Source: Gonapodya sp. JEL0774
Lineage: Eukaryota
DNA: 64,000 bases
NCBI GenBank assembly: GCA_027604505.1
Contig: JADIIX010000017.1
Span: 1 to 64,000, forward strand
Reading direction: 5' to 3'
Part shown: positions 12,191-28,200 of the stretch, one piece after another
Numbering within the stretch: the first letter of the stretch is position 1
Layout: each line of letters opens with the position of its first letter
Notes under the pieces: generated by a model
What the model was told of the DNA's origin: nothing
Databases searched by the model: none
Seen by the model: only the letters and a program-made list of their open reading frames with translations
Position numbers and translations under genes: made by a program

Positions 12191-13402
12191 ATGGCTCTCA
12201 ACCTAATTCCCAAAGACGCTAACGTGCTGCTGGTGTGGTCGACTCAGTTCCCTACTAGCGCAGTAGAAAAATTGCGGGACTCGCTGCAGGAAGTTGCAGG
12301 AAACGTTCAGCTGGAACTTCTGGAGAGGTTCGAGGAAGGTGAGATCGAACTTTCAAAGCTATTGGATCTACGTCAAAGCTTATATGTCTCCTTGTACACT
12401 ATTTCTCGTTCAAAAGCTGAGCTTCCTCCGTCGACGTTCGATGTCGTGGTTTGCGGGTTTTTGTCTGACCTACCTCCAACATCGGTCCAGTCCCACTTGC
12501 CCAAGTTGATTCGCTTGCTCACTCCTTCTGGCACTCTGTACGCTCGTGAAGTTGCTCTACTCGATTCGCCAGTGTCGCCAACCGCTGGTTCTGTTGGGAG
12601 TCTCGAGTCTGTCACTTCCGCTTTCAAACTAGCCGGATTCGTTGACCCAAAGGCTATCGAGACAAAAGTCCTGACTGCAGAGATTTTGAAGGAGATAGCT
12701 ACAGCAGGATGGCCGGCTGCCAGGCAAGCGGAGCTTGAGAAGCTCCCCAGGAGCGCTCGTGTTGCCGTTGTGGACATTACTGCACGGAAGCCGGACTACG
12801 AAGTGGGTGCTGCATCTAAGCTCAAGCTCAAGTTTAACAAGAAAAGCACGGTAAATGGGCTATTCAATGGCACTGTGAAAAGCACCAGCGATCAAGCTAA
12901 CAATGCTACCGAGCAGGTTGTACCGGTCGCGGTTGACGATGATGACGAGCTTATCGACGAAGAAGCACTTCTAGATGACGAGGACCGAGCGAAGCCCGTC
13001 CAAAGTAGGTGCACATCTCGTGACCAAGCTGCGTATTCGCGGGCTTCTAAAGTTACCACTCTTATGGCAGAGGACTTCGACTGTGAGCCTACGAACGGCA
13101 AGCGGAAAGCATGCAAGAATTGCAGTTGCGGGCTTGCTCAAGAAGAGGAGATGGAAGACGACCCTACCATTGTGCGCGTGGAGGGAGGAAAGGAACTGCC
13201 CAAGTCGTCCTGTGGAAATGTGGGTTTTTCTCATACATTCGACAAAACACTTGACCGCTGATCTTTGATCGGATCGTAGTGCTCGCTCGGTGACGCTTTC
13301 CGTTGTAGCTCGTGTCCTTACATGGGTATGCCTGCCTTCCAGCCTGGGGAGAAAGTCAGCCTCACTGGAATGTTTGCAGACGACGATATTGACTTCGCTT
13401 AG
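12191..13402 (+). CDS. DRE2: Fe-S cluster assembly protein Dre2/anamorsin
   Basis: [36 protein letters not shown] and [31 protein letters not shown]. Confidence 0.95.
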
Positions 13403-13542
13403 CTTTACCGTTATAAATTTGTTTGTAATTGTGTTGAACGTTGGTCTGTGCGTGGCTCCCTGATAGTCGCCTATGAGGTTTCCACACCCTTGCATCACAT
13501 AGATAGATTGATTCAAGTCTGCCCAGCAATATTTTCAGTGGA

Positions 13543-15773
13543 ATGAAGCGCACACGATCTCCCAGTAGCCCAATCCGGCAGCCTCTTCAAGAATGCTCTA
13601 ACATTCCTCGAACGTCTCCACGTCTGCGTCAAAAATCGCGCACCTTGACTCTGTCTTCGCCTTCAGTCAAACCCCCTGATTTCTTCGAAAAGCGTGCTCC
13701 ACCCCTCAGATCGACTTTCGCGAATCAATTGAGAGGTCGGGAACTCGGATCACGCGACTGCCTGGCCAGAACATGGAGTACTGAACCAAGAAATCGAAGT
13801 GAGTTTGCTTCCAAACGGCGGCAACCATTCAACTGATTTGAATTTTCCCCCCACTATTAACCGACAATGGTTTTCATCAATAGTATCTCTGAGGTTTCAC
13901 GTGGAGAATTTCGTGTCTACCCCGCGAGACGTGTACAGGTGTGAAGACCAGGGCATTCCCTGTCCTCCTTTTGCCTGCTCATATGCAAATCGTGAGTCAC
14001 CATCGCGACAAAATTTCTCTGTGGATTGTCTGAAGTATATTTTTATTATTCCAGGGGCGCGGGCGGGAAAATTGTTGGCGGTGGTTGACGAGGGCGGATA
14101 TGTTTGCCTTTTGGATACAACGGAAAGTCTTTCCAGCAAGCGTAAGGAACTCCCTCTGTCGGTTTGCTATCGCGACACCTTGTGTGACTGTTTCTGCTCT
14201 GAAGCTCCACTGAATGTGTGGCCTGCGCACCATAATGCGATATTCGATATTGCATGGACCGCGGATGATTGCAAATTGGTGAGTGAGACATCCGTGTTAT
14301 GTGAATTGATGGAAACTCGATCAATGACCGTCATTTCTTTCAAGGTTACCGGGTCGGGAGATCAGAGTGCCTGCGTTTGGGACGTCGAAACGAGAGCTGG
14401 CATTGCCAGCCTCGTGGGACACAGCTCCAGTGTCAAGGCTGTATCCACAAGTCCACATGAGCCACGTAAGCTTCATTTGGTGTAAGGATATGTCTGACAG
14501 TCGCAGCTTGTTCTGACCCGATCTTTGCAAACAGAACTATTCGCAACCGCCTCCCGAGATGGAAAGATAATTATTTGGGACACCCGCTGCGTTGGATACT
14601 CAAATGAAGCAGGAAGTGAGTACAATTTGTACTTCCGGATGTCGTTCTGACTCGCTTATGAGTTTGGACGAGCTGTAGTGAAGACCCATAAACCCGCCAA
14701 CACCATCTCCAACGCTCACCTTTATGAAAGTGCATCTGGAAAGCGTGTGACTGGCTCAAAGCAGCGCAAAACAGGATCCCCTCCGGCCTCTGTGAGTGCG
14801 AAGGATGATACCTATGACGACATCCAGTACAACGTGTGAAATTCACTCCTTAGGGAAGCGTGACTCAGGTTATATTCTCGTCTACCTCACCATATCATGT
14901 ATTGTCTTCGGGCTCCAGTGACGGACTGGTTAAGTTATGGGATCTCAGGAGCTATCACTCTCACCGCGCAGTACCCTCACCCATCGGCACCTCGAACCCT
15001 CGCTCAGGATCAAAGCGCTCGCGTGGATTCGCATCCCTGACTCTTAGCAAGAATGGACTGCATGTATATGCATGCTGCACTGACAGTACAATACTCAAGT
15101 ACTCAGCGAGTTCATTGGGTGACAGTGTCGCGCAGTTCACAGATCCCAATTACAATTCGTTCGGGACCGGATTTTTTGTCAGACTCTCCGTGAGCCCTGA
15201 TGATGATTTTATTGCTTCCGGATCAACGAGAGGATCCATATTCATTTGGGAGGTTTCGCGACCTCAGTCCGCTGCTTGGGAGCTCGGCGGTCATGCTGCC
15301 GAATGCTCGCCGGTCGCATGGTGCAATACCGACTGGGAGCAAATTGCTGCATGTGGAGATGATGGAGCAGTCCGTCTGTGGAATGCTTCTAAATCCGAGC
15401 GTGAACACATCCTGAATGACCCCGAGCTGAAAGGGATGGGTCTCCTTGCTGAAAGATCTAGTGTGTTCATGGACGTTGCTGCCAGTTCTTTTCACTAGCT
15501 TTTGACATTTGCTTGATTCTGCCAGAATCCCCAGGTCAAAAATCCGCTTCCGCGCGTTCGTTAGTTTCCCATTTATCTTCAAACACAACATTGACTTCTT
15601 CCAGTCCCACGAGGCCTCTAAGCTCACTTGAACGGTCGTCTAGCATGCCACAGGCATTGACTGGAAACAACGATTGCCATTCAAACCGAGTTACAACTCC
15701 GCAGGCGAGAAACATTTTGGTGCAGTGGCTGCAGAGGGGAAAGAACACTGGAAAAGAAAACTGTAGTGTCTAA
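13543..15773 (+). CDS. CDT2: WD40 CRL4 substrate receptor Cdt2/denticleless
   Basis: PPFACSYAN, LLAVVDEGGYVCLLDT, AHHNAIFDIAW, TGSGDQSACVWDV, GHSSSVK, ATASRDGKIIIWD, SSDGLVKLWDLR are characteristic of Cdt2/DTL. Confidence 0.88.
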
Positions 15774-15980
15774 TTACTTATGCATTGTGTGTTTTCGTTA
15801 ATTCAAAATATTATTCGAACAAGTGCTCGGAGGGACGTCATACAGGTCTGGACCAGCACTTGTTCAGAGCGTTGTTCAGAGAAAGGAGGTGTTCCTGCTG
15901 TCCTGTAATAATTTGTATGGAGCGCCTCACCGGCAGAAACCCCAACTGGAATCGGCAGGATTTACACAAGGCCAACCAGC

Positions 15981-19417
<3,437 letters not shown>

Positions 19418-19485
19418 TAAATGTTTAGGCTTGTTCATGAAATATTATTGTTTTTTGGCCATTTGAAGGGATCTCTACGTTAAGT

Positions 19486-20701
19486 TCACTCAGTCTTTAT
19501 TGTAAGTGGGTCAGACCCGCTCTTCGGTGCTATAGTCTCTCGGGGCAGTTTCCGAAACTGGTCTTCTGCCAATGTTGGCACAGGTACTGAAAAAGGGTCG
19601 GGGAATGTTTTCCGGTGAATTGTCGCACGGACAGCGTCTGTCACCCGCACCCAAGCACTCTCCGCTCCAGGGACAGCTCCCTTCACGTACAGAACGTTCA
19701 GCTGATTATCTATCTTAATCACCTGGGGAAAGCAAATTTAAAAAGGGAATCGTACCAAACATCAAATCAGCTCCCACCTTCAAGTTTTGAACTGTCACTT
19801 TTTTGTTACCCATTTTACCAGGCATTTTCCTACCTTTCCATATTCGACCAGGGTCCTAGGGCCCATAGCTTGTTCAGCGGTATTCACATCTGGAAATTCA
19901 TCAAAGCGTCCAAATCACCTGGTTCGCTCCGATCGAACCCCCAGAACGGTGTTTGAGAGATGTCCCATGTGACGCGCGCATTCCTTTCATCCCGTATCTC
20001 TTCATCACACCTTGAAATCCCTTTCCAATGCTGCAGACATGACTTCATGTTTGAACACAAATACGTATTCCGCAGACTGAATGAAGATGCACTCACGACT
20101 TCGCTTTCACGTCAACAAATTGACCAGCAACGAAATGCCCGACATTCATTTTCGTCCCCACAGAAACTACCGCATCGTTTGTCACTGTAAATCCAACGAG
20201 TTGTTGCTTAGGAGTTGTTCCTGCTTTCTCAAACAATCGTTGTTGAATCTTCCGCCGTTTCGAAGACTTTTTGGCCTCTCCAACACCAAGCTGAACCATA
20301 GAGTGCTTCCCGTCCGAGTACGGGAGAATTCCAACAACTTCCGTCGAGGGAAGATGGAGCAAAGTCACTGGTATCATGCGGCCCCATTCATCCCACAGCG
20401 TCAACATCCCCCTTTTCTGTGCGAGCAACCCCGTTCTCTTTGTTCGGCCATACTGAAACGCGGCTGACGTTGATGATGCCATTTCCGATCCAGCCAAGTT
20501 AGCGGAATTTGATTTGACAGTGTGTGTGGATATTCCTCGGCATAGTTCTGATTGTGGTGGGGAGGAAGGGATTGGGATTGATGCTCTCGACACGTTCACT
20601 CGAAATGATCGCGCATTCGCTGGAGATAGGGCACCACAGAGTCCATGAGTAGATGCTCGAGTTAAGATTTTTGCTTGAAGGACGAGATTCCTCGATTGCA
20701 T
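19486..20701 (-). CDS. MRPL3: Mitochondrial ribosomal protein uL3m
   Basis: [55 protein letters not shown]-terminal presequence. Confidence 0.92.
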
Positions 20702-20982
20702 GTTTTGTGGATGTGACACCCGCGCAGTCGTGGAACCCACTGAGTATCCATCGAAGCACACACTTTTTTATAGTAACAGTCTGTTTGTAAACTACACTTC
20801 ACATTTGGAGAATTATGTAAGTGACAATGAATGTTCAAGACAGTGATGTAGCAAATGTTCGGGCTTAAGAAAATTATGCTGCAACGCACTACAAAGTAGC
20901 GGATTGCTTCACGGTTGGGTGAGATTGACCCCACCAAGCGTTCCAAGTGTATGACATCTTATAGCAGCCAGGAAGAAGGGTT

Positions 20983-22414
20983 TTATTTCAGCTCACAAAA
21001 TGAAAAGATTGATGAACCACTTACAGCAGCCTTCCCCAACCCAAAAGCTCCCCGTGCCACTTTCTGCGCATTCAAAGCAGATGTGCCCCACCCCAAACCT
21101 TCCCCGACAAGTTCCGTTGTTTGCTCCATTCTAATTCGAAGCCTGGTTGTGAGTCGTCCGAGAGGTGTGTGCTCGAACCGATTGCTGGGATCCATGGATT
21201 CGTTGATTCTCACTGGGAGAGCCATGAGGGCTCTTAGAAGCCGAACCGACGTACTGATTCGAGCAATGACGTCAAAGAATGGGAGGTCCCTGAGTGCGAC
21301 GACGGAATCATAGATTTCTGTCAGCTCGGTCCGGCAGTTGTCATAGCATTTTGCTGCAGTCATGACATAGGTGTGGAAATTGGAAAGTATCTCGCTGGTT
21401 TAATTGATATCGCTGAGTGAGCGGGTGGTTGCAAATCAAGAAAAGTGGGTCAAGCAACCTACCGGACATTCTCCGGTGAGACGTTCAGATCAGTATTGGT
21501 TTGTCGTACCTGTTCGACCAAAGCGATGATACTGTCGTAGTTTCCCTCAAGAAAGTCTGCCACAACCTGCATACATCATCAATTATGGGGACAGTCAATG
21601 CATAGTGTCCGGAGATTATCTAACCACAGTTGTTTTCGTAGTCACCTGTGCCATCGCTGTGCTGAAAGTCTCGTCTGGGTTCGAGAGCGTCGAGGGTTTC
21701 TCGCCTTGGAGGTCGTAAAGTCGCCTGCTCGTGGGTTGCCTCAACGTCTCGTAGGCAGTGGCCAAACATTGAAACGCTTCAGTGGCCTGGCTCAGAATAC
21801 AAGTAAGTGCGAAGCATCGCACTGACGAGGATATCTCGTGCAACTCACTCGGGGGTGACTGCATCGGTCCGGATGACAAGTTCGGCTCCGACCAAGGTAC
21901 GCTTTCCGTATATCCTCGGTGGTGCATTCGCGTGTCACTCCTGAACGAAGGTAACCCGTTAATATATAGCAAGTGATAAGGTTTGGGTGAGAGCCCCTTC
22001 AGCAACCGTCAGTGCAGAATAAATGTAGGAAGAACGCGCACCAAGTACATCATAGTATGATTTCCGAGTTAGGACATGTTCCACGAGTAAGTCGTCCCCA
22101 GTGGTTTGTGGAGTTGGCGGCGTCACAGGTGAAATGGGTGTTTCGGGGTAAGGGTTTGGATTTGGGATTGTCACACTCTCAGCCGAAAGCGACGGACGGG
22201 TAGGAGATGGTCGAGGCATCGACTTTTCGGCAGATGATTGGGACGGTGTTTCCAAAGGGGGTGAGGGTGGAGGGGTTGGTGGTAGCGATGGAGTGTTGTG
22301 GTGTCCCGGAGCAGACCAGGAAGAAGGATGCCGTTCCAACTCTATTGGAGAAGCCTGCGAATGCTCCCTATTGAAATCTTGAGAAATAGGGGGTCTTTCC
22401 GGAGCTTGTTCCAT
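20983..22414 (-). CDS. DnaJ/J-domain protein with Pro/Ser-rich N-terminus
   Basis: SYYDVLG / VTRECTTEDIRKAYLGRSRTCHPD / ATEAFQCLATAYETL..RRLYD; HPD motif intact. Confidence 0.85.
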
Positions 22415-22523
22415 TCGAAGGTGGAATTTTTGATGCCAACCTTCCTCGACATGTGATTTCAAGAGGTACAGACATGTGGGGCACCGGTGTCCGGAATAAG
22501 CTTTCCCACTGCATCAATTAAAA

Positions 22524-25071
22524 TTATAAATCTTCCAATATCATTCGCATTTTTTCTAATCTCACAACCGCCGCTTCTAACATTGCAAATGACGTCTCCA
22601 AAGTCCGATACCCTGCTTCCTCTGCTTCCGGCAGTTGTTGCAAGTCGCCTTGTTGTCGTTCCAGTTTTTCGAGAAGCAAACGGTGTAGAGCTCGCTCGCT
22701 CTGGTGCCTCACCATAATCTTCCTGCATGTTTCGACCACATAGCTGCGCAGCATGTCGCATGTGAGGTCGAGATTGACAAACCATAGAAAGAATGTCTTT
22801 AAGGCGGAACGGTCAGATCCTCGGGGAACCTCCTGATAGGGAGACGGATATAGTAGATGAATGGATCGACTTCATGTATTGCACGAAACTCGCGACACAA
22901 ATCGGTAGTTCTCCATCTCTCAAACCCACCTGCTGCTGCACAAACCCACTGCTAAAAAGTTCATATGTACGTGTCCTCACCTCCTTGTCGCGCAACATGG
23001 CTATTCTGGCGATCTGAGGAACGACGCGGTGGTGAAATCACGTCGAACGACTTTGACCATCCCATGATGAAAGCATGAGCTCACCTGCTTATCATCCAAT
23101 TTGCCATGCTTTTGTAACAGTCTAAATATTCGAAGACTAGCGTGTCCGAATCGGTTCTCAACGACTCTTTCGACCAGGACACGGCGTAACGTGACAGAGA
23201 GTTTTCGAAAATCCACGAAGTACTGGCCTGGGATCAACAAAGAAAAAAACCACGACCCCACAAATGAGAATCCAAGACTGATGATGAGGGTCTTGTTTTA
23301 GTCTTGGTTTAGTGCTTTACCTCCCATCCCCGAGTCCGACTTCTCCACAAAATGGCACTCATTCTCCTCCAAAAGGTCAACGTACTCTTGTAGCGACGGT
23401 CGTTGAATACCATGTACAGGTATGAGGGGCAACTCGAGGTTGTCAGCGATGGGCAAAGAGTTGAACATGAATGTACCTGGTGTTCACGGGTTGCTCGTTA
23501 TTTGGCGGAGCACATCTCACGAAGTAGTAAGATACGTACGACTTCTCTCCTCGAACTTGCATCCCTTGATGTCTTCTGAGGCAAGCTGCATCAACGCAGC
23601 GGCGACCTTCCCAGCAGAGGGATTGATAACGCTGGCAGCGAGTTCCGCAACAACCTGTGTGTGTTCAAGAATGTTATGGACAGGGTCCGAAATTGGGAAG
23701 CATTTTCAATCAAGGCACACCTCACTTCGCGCGAGTACATTGAGTCGGTCGTGGTTGAGACGCCAGAAAGATTCCTGTGCAGCACGTACAGGTGAGATTC
23801 GTGCATCAGCAAACGGGGAACACATAGCATCAGGCGAAGGTGTTATACATACATCGTTCGTTTCTACGATCTGCGCGGTTGGGTAAGAGCCGTTCATGTC
23901 CGAGACAGCCAAACGCTGAGGCAGTCAAAAGGGGGGGTGGTGAGTGTTGCGTTTAGAACTCCGAAGGGTGCATTTTGTGAGTCCTGGGTAGATTCCACAA
24001 AACTCACCTTGTATGGTGCATCGTCATTGTCTTGGCCATCCCACTTTCTTTTCTGTGTGGGAGAAAAGAAACGAGAACCGTGTGAACAAAGTGATTTCGC
24101 AAACCATCGGCTGGAGGGGCGATCATCCGAAATCGCACTCCACAATGAATGTTGATGAAGGGACGCCTTTGCATGGCCCAGTTTCGGTGCGTGATCTAGC
24201 CCACAGATTGACCACTCCTCCTCGCATAAACTGCCAGCGCGGAATATTCACCGTCCCAACATGTACATCACCTCCATATCTCTGCTCTCGAGCCTTGGAT
24301 TCCGCCTCGGTCTTGGCCTTTTTCTTTTCATTCGCCGTTGGCACGAGCGATTCCGATACGCTGGCAGCCTCTCCCGCGATAATGCGGTCAGCCATACTGG
24401 TCGCGTCGCTTTGAGTCACTCGCACAATGATGCGATCTTCGGTAAGAGCAACCCAAGCTTTGCGGAGGGCAGACGGCGGTCGGCCGTGGAGCAAGGGGTC
24501 ATCCCAGTGCGGCTCAGGCGCTTTCATGCGGCCGTTCTTGATGACCTGCTCCACGAGAAGCGCAGCCTAAGTGAAATTCGTAGGATGTGGGTGAATCCTG
24601 GGTGATTGAGAGTCGTCGTTGGCCTCTTAAAATCACGCACATCATTCCCGAAAAGAGTCCTAACCAGTGCAGCGTGCAACGGAAGACGCAATCTGGCCAA
24701 AACCTCCTCCTCCTCAATGTTGTAGTGAGTCACCACGCGTTGCCCCTCCGTCGATTCTATCCAGTGCATAAGATTGTGCTGAATCAGCACAAAGAGAGAC
24801 TCTCGGACCTGCCTCGCCGGTAGCTTTGTGTGATTCACTAGTCCACCAATGGTTAGCCGACCTTTGAGCAGTAGAGTGGTGGCAACCCTCTATGGTAGGA
24901 ATTAAATGGGAGTGGATTTGAGAAACATTGGGGAAATGACAAAATCGTGTTGGGGAACGTCCACCACGATATCCCCCAGTCACACACGGGAACTTGTATA
25001 TAACATACCTCAGGAATAAGACCAAACGTTTCCTTGATAATCTCCGCCGCGAGTTGTACTCGAGCAGTCAT
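22524..25071 (-). CDS. RPC82: RNA polymerase III subunit RPC3/C82
   Basis: LAAEIIKETFG, TKLPARQVRESLFVLIQHNL, VENRFGHASLRIFRLLQKHGKLDDKQI, TYELFSSGFVQQQEVPR. Confidence 0.88.
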
Positions 25072-25147
25072 AATGGGCAGATATAAAGGAACATGAAATT
25101 GAAGAATCGTTGTGCCTGTCTTCTTCAGACCGAAGTCATCAATCGCG

Positions 25148-25176
25148 ACACACACACACACATCCCCCCCCCCCCC
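25148..25176. repeat. (AC)n microsatellite followed by a 13-C tract in the RPC82/DOCK divergent promoter
   Basis: acacacacacacaca-t-ccccccccccccc read directly. Confidence 0.8.
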
Positions 25177-25226
25177 ACCTTCCCCACAGATTCATTTGGC
25201 GCCCATTGCTTCTTCGCCCTTACCAA

Positions 25227-28200
25227 ATGCCTTTTACGCGACCGCTCGGAGGAGAATCAACTCGCATTTCTAAACTATCGCCTGCTCGAACTCGTGAGAC
25301 AACGGCAGAGCAAGACCGCTTGCCCGGGTCATTCCCCTCGTTACCCCTGAATGACTCCACTCCCCCAACCGAACCTCAACCCATCGGAAACAGTGCATCA
25401 ATTCAACACCTAGCTCCTACTAGTCCTGATTTTGCCATTCCTGACTGGGATTCCATTGTTAATTCGTCCGCGGTTTCAGCGGACGTTCATTCGGATCGTC
25501 ACCCACAACTGCTTATATTCCCAAGCGACACCATTCGCGTGTCACAAGTACCACGGAAACTAAGAACTACTCGCTCAACCGTCCCAGACGAACTTGCTCG
25601 CTCTCCGCAACTTCCCGTGCACCTGAAAAGTCTGGTCGATTTCTACTCTTCCGAATCTTGGACTGTTCTCTCTCGTCAATGCCACCACCACTCAGAGTAC
25701 CCTGCTATTAACGTTGATGATGAGGGCGTAAGAACATTACCGGACATTGTCTACGACCAGGACGAGGATGTTGTGGATGAAGTCGACGGTATTGGCGACG
25801 AGCGAGGTCGGGACTTCGCTCTCGTATTTCAAAACATTATCGGCACAGGAGGAAACGCGCACGGACTAGGGAACAGTGCCACCAATCACAAAGATGGGAG
25901 TCCAGGAAGTACCCTGACGACCGACAGCGCGACGGGTTTCGTCGCACGTAAGAGCTCCATTCGTTCTTCTTCAGCCTCAATGGACATTGACAAGGCAGAC
26001 TCAATACCAAAGTTTCTCGAGTACAAACCGGGGATCACGGACTCCGAAGCGGAAGTAGCGAGAGTGAGTTCTCACCAGCATGTGCCAATGAAACCCTGTC
26101 AAGAACAAAATGAAAAGCTGATTCGCCTTCCAAGCAAAATAATCGTCACGATCTGTTTAATCTTTTTCTTGACACTGAGTCTCCCAAGTTCAGTGGGAGG
26201 CGTGAAAAGGAGAGCATCGAGCCATACGAAGAAACCTGGTCAGTCTGATCCCACCATGTCAACTCCACGAATCCAAACTTTAACCCAATGAATGCAATTT
26301 CTGAATTCAAGGGGATTTCGTTTCATTGTCGAGTCTCTCTCACTCACGCTCACTCAGGAACCTCTGGAGAACATTTATGTCACCATAGCGGCCTACGACT
26401 GCGCCTCTCGTGCACGCTTGAGCGAAGATTTTACTATCATAATTGAACCTAGCAGTAGCCCTTCTGCTGGGTCCTCGCCTGGCTCACCCTCTTCTGCCTC
26501 GGAACGCGTCCGCACCCGGAAAGCGCTCCTGAGTATTTCCGACCCCGGCCCATCGGTGTATCTCCTGGTTCGCTTAGAAAAGACCTTGGAAGGAGATATG
26601 GTCGCCTGTGGCGAGAGACTTGGGCGCCCACTCAAGGCCAGCGAAGTGCAAGCCAGTCGCGAGTCAGTTGCTCGACTTGGAGGGTACAGACAACCCGTCG
26701 GATGGTGTGCGGTACAACTTTTCGACGACCAAAGAAGGCTAATGGGGTCCTCAATCAGTGCGGACACTCTCGAAACGAACCAGATTTACGTCCACTCCGC
26801 CGACAAACTAGCGGACGAGGATCTATGTGCACTGGCGCTCGGGGCATCCGGATCGAGACCTAGCGCGGGCACGGGTACCGTATTCCCGCCGCTGAAAAGA
26901 CTGAAGCAGCTGGCTGGGCGCTTTTCTGTTCGCGTTACCGAGGTGCTGGAGCGTCCGGGGTCACAGGTATCCAATTGCATGACCCCGTCCTTGGTCCCAA
27001 TCCGACCGTTTGTGATCGACCCGGACGTGCCAGTTGTGAGAGAGCTCCAGGAATTTCCACTGCAAGGTGTGGTGGCTGTGAGCCCCCACCTCGGATATGT
27101 GAACAATCTGTAAGTCGTATCTTTCTAATTTCGAGAGGATCCGTTGCCTCACTTTGTGTATAATGAGGTTAACTCTTTGCAATGAACTTAACTCTTGATC
27201 AAATTTGTTTAGGTATGTCTATCCCGTCTCTGTTGATCTTCGGAAAGCTGGCTGGTTGGGGTTTCGAGCTCGGAACATTGTGTGCAAGATGCAATTGATG
27301 GACGGCGACGGACAAGTGGTGAAAGTGAGCACTCAAAATGGTGATCACAGTGTGCACACTCAGACACGGTCATCATCTTGTGTTTTCGTAGGGTCGCATA
27401 TTCTCACCCGCCACTTCAAGCCAAGCCTTTTCCGACGCTGCATCAACCCCTGTTCTCTACCACTCCCAGACACCCACATTCTATACCGAACTCAAGATGG
27501 CATTGCCCGCCAAATTGACTCCAGACTACCACATTCTCTTCTCCTTCAGCCACGTTGCTTGTAAGTCCACTCTTGCGGCTGGCCAGCAGAAGGAGCACGA
27601 AATCGGCAAGGCTTTCTTACCTCTGTTCGACAAAGAGGGATACAGTTTGTTGAAGAACGCAGTTCATCATCTGAAAGTTGCTCGGCAGCTGGGGCCGAGG
27701 TATTGGAAGGAGCCTCTAGGAACAACTGTAAGTTCCATCACTTCTCTCCGTCTTGGTTGTTTGACGTGCAAGCCTGAAAACTCTGACTTCTGCTTTACAA
27801 ACAGTGGCTGGATCAGAGTGTTCCATTATTTGCTGTTCGGACGAAATCCATATCCTCTGTTTACTCCCAGGATACAGCGGTGACACAATTTTTCCGTGAA
27901 ATTGATAAACCGTCTGCGGAGATGGATCCCAAGGTCAGTGGGGCTTTGAGCATCGTCTTTTTCGACTTAGTAACCAAGGAGGCTCCGTTAGTTAATACGG
28001 AACCTCTCTTCCGCAAATCCTGGCGCATTAATTGAGTTCTGTTCCATTCTCCTGGATGAACTTCTGGCTCTCGTATGCGGACCAAGTACTGACGACTCTC
28101 GCAAATCTGCTTTTGAGGCGCTCAACGAGGTAGTTATGAGGTGAAGATCACAGATTGGCTGATTCGGCCTGCAGTGCATCTGATGTTTTCTTTTGACAGA

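Noticed and set aside
15460..15525. Apparent premature stop in CDT2 at 15496-15498
   Set aside because: It lies within a GT-AG intron whose phase joins correctly to the final exon.
26064..26310. In-frame TGA between the two long DOCK ORFs (25110-26291 and 26292-27113), suggesting selenocysteine or readthrough, which some early-diverging fungi use
   Set aside because: The TGA falls inside a predicted intron (GTCAGT donor at 26239 to AAG acceptor near 26311), with a short exon in another frame before it; no recoding is needed and I saw no convincing SECIS.
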